From an uncultured archaeon (GTDB lineage Archaea > Iainarchaeota > Iainarchaeia > Iainarchaeales > CSSED10-239), in NCBI GenBank assembly GCA_964468895.1, contig CAYXWT010000016.1, forward strand, positions 1 through 13,179: 13,179 bases of DNA. Reading direction: 5' to 3'. Below are positions 8,061 through 13,179 of the stretch, piece by piece. The translations under genes were made by a program, and so were the position numbers. The notes under the pieces are model-generated. The model was not told where the DNA came from and did no database searches. It saw nothing but the letters and a program-made list of their open reading frames with translations. Position 1 is the first letter of the stretch; every line of letters starts with the position of its first letter.

Positions 8061-8429
8061 TTATTTGGTTTCTTCTTTTTTTGTTTCCTCAGAATTTATT
8101 TCTGGTAACCCTTCAGCTTCTGTTTTTTTATTATAAATTACTTTAAGTTCATTTAATTTATCACTTATAGAATTTACTATGCTTGCAATTTCATCCCAAG
8201 TTTTCTTTTTACCATTTATGTTTTCTTCTTCTTTTTTCTTATTAGCTTCTAACATGGTTGCATAAGAAAACTTAGTGATTTCATCATCATCTAATTTAAC
8301 TTTAATTTTTTTAAGTTCGTTTTCTAAATTATCTCTTTCTTCTTCAGCCATATTCAATAACTCTAATTTTGAAACAATTATGTTACAATTTTTTTCAATA
8401 TTTTTTAAAATTTCTTTATTATTTGCCAT
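8061..8429 (-). CDS. Small soluble acidic coiled-coil protein (122 aa), unknown function, translationally coupled upstream of the ATPase
   Basis: No hydrophobic segment; E/K-rich helices (MAEEERDNLENELKKIKVKL; DKLNELKVIYNKKTEAE). GAGGT (8437..8441) lies 7 nt upstream of ATG 8429 and overlaps the stop codon of the preceding gene. Confidence 0.7.
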   Translation of the reverse strand: MANNKEILKNIEKNCNIIVSKLELLNMAEEERDNLENELKKIKVKLDDDEITKFSYATMLEANKKKEEENINGKKKTWDEIASIVNSISDKLNELKVIYNKKTEAEGLPEINSEETKKEETK

Positions 8430-8434
8430 AAAAA

Positions 8435-8923
8435 TTACCTCATATTTTTATTAATTATTTGATTATTATAATTATAAGTTTCTATATAATATATATCTTT
8501 GTTAATATATGTACAATTACATAAATATATAGGCATTTTGTTTATAAAGTTATCTATTTTTATTGTTGAATTATTACTTATAGTTCTGTTAAAATCATTA
8601 TCTATGAATAAATTACAATCTTTATCCAAATAATTACTTATAATCATACTATTATCTTTATTTTGGACTATATTACACATTTTTGTATTATAGTTATGTG
8701 ATTTAATAAAATTTACAAAACTATTATTAAAATTATCCATATTTTGAATATTTAAATTTGGATTTTCATTTAAAATTAAGAATTCTGTAATATAATTTTC
8801 ATTTAAATTTTGAGCAAGTTTAGAATTATCAGGAATTGTTCTTATATTAATTATTAATAAACTTATTAATGATATTATAATTAAGGTTGTTATAATAAAC
8901 ATAAATGCTTTTTTAGATTTCAA
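8435..8923 (-). CDS. Small membrane-anchored or pilin-like protein (162 aa) with a class III-like N-terminus; TTG start
   Basis: Start codon is TTG (plus caa 8921-8923), with GGTGG 7-9 nt upstream inside the end of the preceding gene. The first ATG (8902) would remove the basic n-region. N-terminus (M)KSKKA/FMFIITTLIIISLISLLIINIR, then an N-rich ~130-aa domain with 4 Cys. Confidence 0.62.
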   Translation of the reverse strand: MKSKKAFMFIITTLIIISLISLLIINIRTIPDNSKLAQNLNENYITEFLILNENPNLNIQNMDNFNNSFVNFIKSHNYNTKMCNIVQNKDNSMIISNYLDKDCNLFIDNDFNRTISNNSTIKIDNFINKMPIYLCNCTYINKDIYYIETYNYNNQIINKNMR

Positions 8924-8926
8924 TAT

Positions 8927-9286
8927 TTATTCCACCCAAAATATTATACTTAATGTTTTATTACTATCTGCAAAGTAATAGTCTATTGCCTTTTTATTAA
9001 TTGTATTTAATTCTTGTTTAATAATACAATTATCATCTATATAATCACAAATCTTAATAGTAAATGAGCTATTAATTAATGTATAAAGATTATTATAAAT
9101 TATTGTTGTGTTTCCATCTTCAATTAATTCTCTGAACTCAGTGTCTTGAGATTTTAATTTTAGTAAATCTTTAACAGTATTATTAATTTCTAAAGATTTA
9201 TCTGGTTTTTCATAAATATCCACAACTATAAATAAAAATGAAAATAAAATTATTATTGCAATTACTAATTCTAATGATTTGGTCAT
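8927..9286 (-). CDS. Small membrane-anchored or pilin-like protein (119 aa) with a class III-like N-terminus
   Basis: MTKS/LELVIAIIILFSFLFIVV, then a ~90-aa domain with a Cys pair (KICDYIDDNCII). Weak SD AAGG 6 nt upstream of ATG 9286. Only 3 nt separate its stop from the next start. Confidence 0.62.
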   Translation of the reverse strand: MTKSLELVIAIIILFSFLFIVVDIYEKPDKSLEINNTVKDLLKLKSQDTEFRELIEDGNTTIIYNNLYTLINSSFTIKICDYIDDNCIIKQELNTINKKAIDYYFADSNKTLSIIFWVE

Positions 9287-9308
9287 AATTTGCCTTTAAT
9301 ATTTATTT

Positions 9309-10217
9309 TTAATTAAACATACCCGATACTAAATTTTCAATAATTAGATAGTATTTTTCAGCATCATCTTCTTCAGCAAGCATTTCTGGAGGTATTGCAT
9401 AATATGCAACTTTATTAGAATGACTTGTAACTATTAATGGAAAAATATCACCGTAATTTTTAGAATCATTATCAATTAAATTAGATCCAAAATCAACTTT
9501 TAGTGGAGTTGGGTTTGGTTCTATTAATTTAACTATTGTATAATCATCATATATTAATAAATTTTGTTTGAGACCTCTAGTTAAAGGATTATCACTAGAG
9601 GCTACTAATTTACCTGTTCTTATATCTGATGAACAAGTTTTCAAATCACAAAAATTAGAAACATATTTAACTCCTAAATAAGTATCAAATCTAATCCAAT
9701 TATTTTGATCATCAACTCTTTGCCATCCAGTATATTTTTTAGTAATTGGATTTTCAAAATATTTATCTTCAGGTGCTTTTTCTAAACCACTATCTCCAAT
9801 CCAAATTAATCTGCCACCTTGTGTAACATAATTCATAAGTGTAATTATAGTGTTTGTAGATATTTGTCTTGCATGATCTACTATTACTAAACTAACACCA
9901 CTTAATTGGTCAGAACTAAAATAATTAATATTTCCAAGATTGGCGTGATATCCTGCAATTTCTTTATTTGCTAGTAATTCTCTTAATCTTTCAGGGTTAC
10001 CCATGCCTGTTCCTTCAGCAGGATTAGATAATATTAATATACTAGGTTGTTGTTTTCCACTTATTATTGTTTGTACACCCCAATATACTTTACACCATCC
10101 TTGTATTTTACCACATCTAATACTCCCAGACCAAGTAAACATAAATAGTGCTGCTATTAGAATTACTGCTAGTAAAATAATTCTTCCAATCCAAACTTTA
10201 TTATTTTTTTCAGGCAT
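9309..10217 (-). CDS. N-terminally membrane-anchored protein with an extracytoplasmic alpha/beta domain (possibly DUF4350/ThuA/class-I glutamine-amidotransferase-like fold); first gene of the operon
   Basis: Anchor KVWIGRIILLAVILIAALFMFTW. Cys pairs CGKIQGWC and CDLKTC. Flavodoxin-like strand-helix pattern PSILILSNPAEGTG...PERLRELL...GVSLVIVDHARQISTNTIITLMNYVTQGGRLIWIGDSG, resembling the conserved GGxLxxxGD segment of that fold family. The fold assignment is by eye only. Confidence 0.75.
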   Translation of the reverse strand: MPEKNNKVWIGRIILLAVILIAALFMFTWSGSIRCGKIQGWCKVYWGVQTIISGKQQPSILILSNPAEGTGMGNPERLRELLANKEIAGYHANLGNINYFSSDQLSGVSLVIVDHARQISTNTIITLMNYVTQGGRLIWIGDSGLEKAPEDKYFENPITKKYTGWQRVDDQNNWIRFDTYLGVKYVSNFCDLKTCSSDIRTGKLVASSDNPLTRGLKQNLLIYDDYTIVKLIEPNPTPLKVDFGSNLIDNDSKNYGDIFPLIVTSHSNKVAYYAIPPEMLAEEDDAEKYYLIIENLVSGMFN

Positions 10218-10358
10218 ATTTTATTCATTTTTAATTTAATTTCTTTAGAATCTATTTATATCTAATATAAAAATATTTTATATTCTTTTTGGTTTTATAA
10301 ATATATACATTATAATATTATTTATAGTTATTTATATTTAAAAAAGAGGTTATTATTT
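10218..10358. promoter_or_regulatory. Divergent promoter region between the filament operon (-) and secG (+)
   Basis: 141 nt without ORFs. TATA-like TTTATATTTA at 10331-10340 (+) and TTTTTATATT/ATATAAATAG on the minus strand 40-55 nt upstream of ATG 10217. GAGGT at 10346-10350 is the SD for secG. The operon's first gene has no SD. Confidence 0.35.
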
Positions 10359-10529
10359 ATGAAAATGAAAAAATCTAAAAATTCTGGTAATGGACCAAGT
10401 TCTGCTTTAGGAATTATGAAATTTAAAGAAACAGTAGATTCTCCACAAATGTCTCCAGAAACTGTTGTTATATTTGTAGTAGTAGTTATTATTATTGTAA
10501 TTATTGTTAAATCAGCTTTTGGTTTATAA
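10359..10529 (+). CDS. secG: Preprotein translocase subunit Sec61-beta (archaeal SecG), 56 aa; not in the supplied ORF track
   Basis: Own translation: MKMKKSKNSGNGPSSALGIMKFKETVDSPQMSPETVVIFVVVVIIIVIIVKSAFGL*. It matches the archaeal Sec61-beta layout: basic N-terminus, S-(A)-G-L-x-(R/K)-F, then x-x-x-P-E/K-x-V, followed by a single C-terminal tail-anchor TM. GAGGT lies 8 nt upstream of ATG; TAA stop at 10527-10529. Confidence 0.75.
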   Translation: MKMKKSKNSGNGPSSALGIMKFKETVDSPQMSPETVVIFVVVVIIIVIIVKSAFGL

Positions 10530-10546
10530 TTTTAAAAAACAAATTA
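10530..10546. terminator. Shared oligo-T termination spacer between convergent secG (+) and the 801-aa gene (-)
   Basis: The 17-nt spacer ttttaaaaaacaaatta gives TTTT directly after the secG stop on + and TAATTTGTTTTTT after the 801-aa stop on -. Archaeal termination uses oligo-T tracts. No stem-loop is present. Confidence 0.3.
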
Positions 10547-12952
10547 TTAGTATGGTTTAATTATAATTTTTACTATTTCTTTTTCTAAATTACAATTTAT
10601 AAAATTAGAATATCTTTCAATTATTTCTTTTGAACCTTCTCTATTTGTACCATATTCTAAATTAGTTCCTTTATTTATAATATTTAGATAATAGCTATTT
10701 TCTAAACTAAAATTATCTAAATCATCTTGAAATATATTTTTAGAAAAATATTTTGTAAATTTAATATTTTGATAATCAAATAAATTATCTAAATTATTAA
10801 TTTCATTTTTTATTCTTAAAGTAACATTACTTTCACAATTGTTTATTAATAAATGATCAGAACTATATGTGAAAACACATGAATTTAAATCATTTGTATT
10901 TCTTTCAAAAACATTTATACTTATAATAGAATTATAATCAAAGTTTTCTTCTAAATCTATTATTTGTAATTTTTCATTTTTATTATTAATATTTAATTCA
11001 TCACCAGAAATAGAAATTTGAAAATCATTTAAATCAAAACTTTCATTATTAGTAATATCAATTTTATAAATTCCATTATTTAAATTAGTAACAACAATAC
11101 TTGGTTCGTTAGCAGTATATTTTCTAACAAACACATGATCTACAACAAGTGTATCTGGATTGCCGTAACCATCAGTAGAAAAATAAACTGGCAAAGTATC
11201 TGGATAAATATAATCAGAATCATCAAGTGTGTATTCTAAAATACCACTTTTATAATATGTAATTAAATCAGCAGATATTTTTTTAATTTCATAAACATTA
11301 TAATCTCTAGGATCATGAGTTACTTCAGAAGTATAATCTGAATTTTCATCATTTGCCCAAGACACAGATGATGTTTGATCATCAGCTCTACCGTACCAAC
11401 TAGTTCCATTAGTTAAAACATCTCCATGTGGGAATGGTTTAAATGGATCATCAGCAAAACCAATTAAAGTTGAATGTCTATTAGAAGTTATTTTAGATCT
11501 TGCATGTAGTATATTTTCTATATCCATATAATTAAAATTAGAATTAATTCCTATGAAATTATCAGCAGATGCAGAAGTATTAGAAATAGTTAATTCTCCA
11601 TTACTTGTAGTTATTGTTCCATAAGTTTCTCCATAACTATCCCATTTATCAGTATTTAATGTGTCTTCATCAAAATCATCAAAAAATTCAAATATTTTAT
11701 CTCCATTGGAATCAAAACAACTATTTTTAGAAATATAAATCGTTTTAGTAGAACTAGCTTCTAAATTTAATTTTAACCAAATATTAAAGTCATCATTATT
11801 ATCTTCTATATAATATTGAATACTATTTAAATCTAAATTAGAAAAATTAAAATCTATTTCTTCATCGCTATCAATATTTACCCAAAATTCTTTTGTATTT
11901 GGAAATAATATTAATTTATTATCTTCAAAAGAATTAGTAATGATTTTTATATTTTTATTATTATCTTCTAAACTAATATTATTTTCTAAATTAAAATCAA
12001 AACTTCCAGCAATATTATTATATTTATTATTAACAATATTTGTTGTAACTATATTATCATCAATTTCAAAATTAAAATTATTTGATTGTATTAGATTATT
12101 ATCAATATCTATTACTAAATCATTAATTTTATAAATTTTAAAATCATCAATATAAGTAAGATCATCAATAGTTTCAAATATGATTTTACCATCATTTATA
12201 TTATAATCTAAATCACCTTCAACTTTTATACCATCAATAATTGCAAAAGCTGAATTACTAGAATTAGAGCCAAAATAAACTTTTCTCCATTCTGTATTCT
12301 TATATGAATAATTAGAATCTAGTAAAGTACAACTTATACTAGTACAATTAAATAATTTTTGATTACTACCAGTGATTTCTAATTTTAAATAATTAGAATC
12401 ATCATCAACATAATTAAAATAAATATTTAAATTAAAGCAATTAATATTAATAGTACTATTAAAATCATAAAAACTATTAATAGTAGATATATTTGTATCA
12501 ACAGCAAGTTCTAAAGCTTCATAAGTAATAATAGGATTAGTACCATCTTTAACTTCAAAACTTTCTAAATAATTATTATCATTAAAACTTTCAGAAAATA
12601 TTGGTATTCCAATATTATTTATATTTTTATCTATATTGTAGAAATTTGTTTCTTCTTTTAAAACACCATAAACTAAATTATTTTCTATAAAACTAAAAGA
12701 ATCAGAAAGTCCATAATTATTATCATAAGAATCTAATATTAATAAATATGGTACAACTTCACTATTATTTGTATCAGTATTTATTATATCATAAACTTTT
12801 GTATTTGTATTTATATTATTATAAATACTATTTGCTATGAATATGTCTTCACTATTATCACTAATAGGAAGATTTTCAGGAATGTAACTTAAAACAGTAA
12901 CTATTATCATCAAAAAAACTATTGATGAAATAATCCAATCTATATATTGCAT
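10547..12952 (-). CDS. Large N/D/I-rich surface protein: N-terminal TM/signal anchor, ConA/LamG-like module, DUF2341 domain plus second ConA/LamG-like module, beta-rich C-terminal region
   Basis: MQYIDWIISSIVFLMIIVTVLSY anchor. DUF2341-like IDFNFSNLDLNSIQYYIEDNNDDFNIWLKLNLEASSTKTIYISKN (aa ~355-412, nt ~11717-11890). This is followed immediately by the hallmark FEFFDDFDEDTLNTDKWDS...NGELTIS...DTLVVDHVFVRKYTANEPSIVV (aa ~417-618, nt ~11099-11704). An earlier lectin-like module, aa ~118-275, ends ...GKIIFETIDDLTYIDDFKIYK. AGGA lies 5 nt upstream of ATG 12952. Confidence 0.85.
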   Translation of the reverse strand: MQYIDWIISSIVFLMIIVTVLSYIPENLPISDNSEDIFIANSIYNNINTNTKVYDIINTDTNNSEVVPYLLILDSYDNNYGLSDSFSFIENNLVYGVLKEETNFYNIDKNINNIGIPIFSESFNDNNYLESFEVKDGTNPIITYEALELAVDTNISTINSFYDFNSTININCFNLNIYFNYVDDDSNYLKLEITGSNQKLFNCTSISCTLLDSNYSYKNTEWRKVYFGSNSSNSAFAIIDGIKVEGDLDYNINDGKIIFETIDDLTYIDDFKIYKINDLVIDIDNNLIQSNNFNFEIDDNIVTTNIVNNKYNNIAGSFDFNLENNISLEDNNKNIKIITNSFEDNKLILFPNTKEFWVNIDSDEEIDFNFSNLDLNSIQYYIEDNNDDFNIWLKLNLEASSTKTIYISKNSCFDSNGDKIFEFFDDFDEDTLNTDKWDSYGETYGTITTSNGELTISNTSASADNFIGINSNFNYMDIENILHARSKITSNRHSTLIGFADDPFKPFPHGDVLTNGTSWYGRADDQTSSVSWANDENSDYTSEVTHDPRDYNVYEIKKISADLITYYKSGILEYTLDDSDYIYPDTLPVYFSTDGYGNPDTLVVDHVFVRKYTANEPSIVVTNLNNGIYKIDITNNESFDLNDFQISISGDELNINNKNEKLQIIDLEENFDYNSIISINVFERNTNDLNSCVFTYSSDHLLINNCESNVTLRIKNEINNLDNLFDYQNIKFTKYFSKNIFQDDLDNFSLENSYYLNIINKGTNLEYGTNREGSKEIIERYSNFINCNLEKEIVKIIIKPY

Positions 12953-13179
12953 AATAATCCTAATACTATATTAAACATATTAAATATAAAGGTAAATAAC
13001 AAAAATTATTTTCTAATTGTATTATTGTGTCATCTACCAATATTAATCCATGTTTATATTTTAACAATTGTGTTTTATTTTTATTTGAGCCACCAATTTC
13101 AATATCATTGGTTTTGTTTTTTTATATTTATTTTATAATCTAGTGTTTTTTTTGTATTCTTTTATATAATTTATATCTA
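12953..13179 (-). promoter_or_regulatory. Upstream non-coding region and putative promoter of the 801-aa surface-protein gene
   Basis: 227 nt with no credible ORF on either strand. The minus strand shows TTTATATTTA (plus 12981-12990) 29-38 nt upstream of the ATG, the same decamer as at 10331-10340 upstream of secG. Confidence 0.3.

Noticed and set aside
5983-10217. Interpreting the operon as a standard archaellum (arl/fla) locus
   Set aside because: There is no archaellin-sized gene, no ArlH (Walker A, KaiC-like), no ArlJ polytopic partner and no ArlC/D/E or ArlX-like protein. Only the ATPase and the ArlF/G-like size of two small proteins fit.
10003-10239. 78-aa plus-strand ORF
   Set aside because: It is antisense to the 5' part of the 302-aa operon leader gene and runs into its promoter region. 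It has no SD, and its composition is a shadow of the opposite frame.
11940-12134. 64-aa plus-strand ORF
   Set aside because: It is antisense inside the 801-aa gene. Its L/I/S/K low-complexity product is a shadow ORF.
13092-13124. Hairpin accaat-ttcaatatc-attggt followed by tttgttttttt, resembling an intrinsic terminator on the plus strand
   Set aside because: The stem is only 6 bp and mostly A/T. No plus-strand gene ends upstream of it, and archaeal termination does not need hairpins. It is most likely chance structure in AT-rich DNA, or part of the promoter of a gene beyond the right edge.
12947-13138. 63-aa hydrophobic plus-strand ORF in the region upstream of the 801-aa gene
   Set aside because: Its M is a TTG (12947-12949) overlapping the start codon of the opposite gene. 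The frame contains no ATG at all, no SD precedes it, and the sequence is T-rich promoter-like DNA. I treat it as non-coding, although the openness of the frame is the only oddity of this spacer.
1-13179. Search for tRNA, rRNA, CRISPR arrays, transposases/integrases, terminal inverted repeats and defence-system genes
   Set aside because: There are no GC-rich structured islands in the four spacers longer than 30 nt and no regularly spaced direct repeats. There are no recombinase, nuclease or methylase-like translations. The only helicase has full Hel308 housekeeping motifs rather than a defence-island context.
1-13179. Possible alternative genetic code (stop-codon reassignment) given the extreme AT content
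   Set aside because: All called genes are intact under the standard code, and the Trp codons I checked are TGG. Of the 11 genes whose stop lies in the window, ten end in TAA and map ends in TAG. No in-frame TGA or TAG read-through is needed.

Overview
Very AT-rich (roughly one quarter G+C judged by eye, not computed), gene-dense (about 95% coding) segment that reads as archaeal. Housekeeping genes are a Hel308/Ski2-type helicase (left edge, partial, absent from the ORF track), a type-2 methionine aminopeptidase and a 56-codon Sec61-beta/SecG subunit (below the ORF-track size cut-off); the window also carries a FlaI/PilB-family secretion ATPase. The composition, N/K/I/D-rich proteins and tight packing fit a DPANN-type or other very low-GC archaeon, but lineage cannot be fixed from sequence alone. 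Almost everything else encodes envelope proteins. (i) A plus-strand run 2005-5986: a CARDB-like surface protein with a P-D-F + TM + basic C-terminal tail, map, an overlapping polytopic membrane protein, and a coiled-coil surface protein with signal peptide and C-terminal anchor. (ii) A minus-strand, translationally coupled five-gene operon 10217-5983: a membrane-anchored alpha/beta ectodomain protein, two small pilin-like (or ArlF/G-like) proteins, a soluble acidic coiled-coil protein, and the ATPase with a ~190-residue Lys-rich N-terminal extension. This looks like a stripped-down, atypical type-IV-filament machine with no recognisable FlaJ/PilC platform, prepilin peptidase, ArlH or archaellin, and is the best candidate for an undescribed system. 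(iii) Directly upstream, an 801-aa N/D-rich surface protein with DUF2341 plus two concanavalin-A/LamG-like modules. No rRNA, tRNA, CRISPR, transposase/integrase or long repeats were seen. All homology statements come from motif recognition by eye and need HMM or structure searches.
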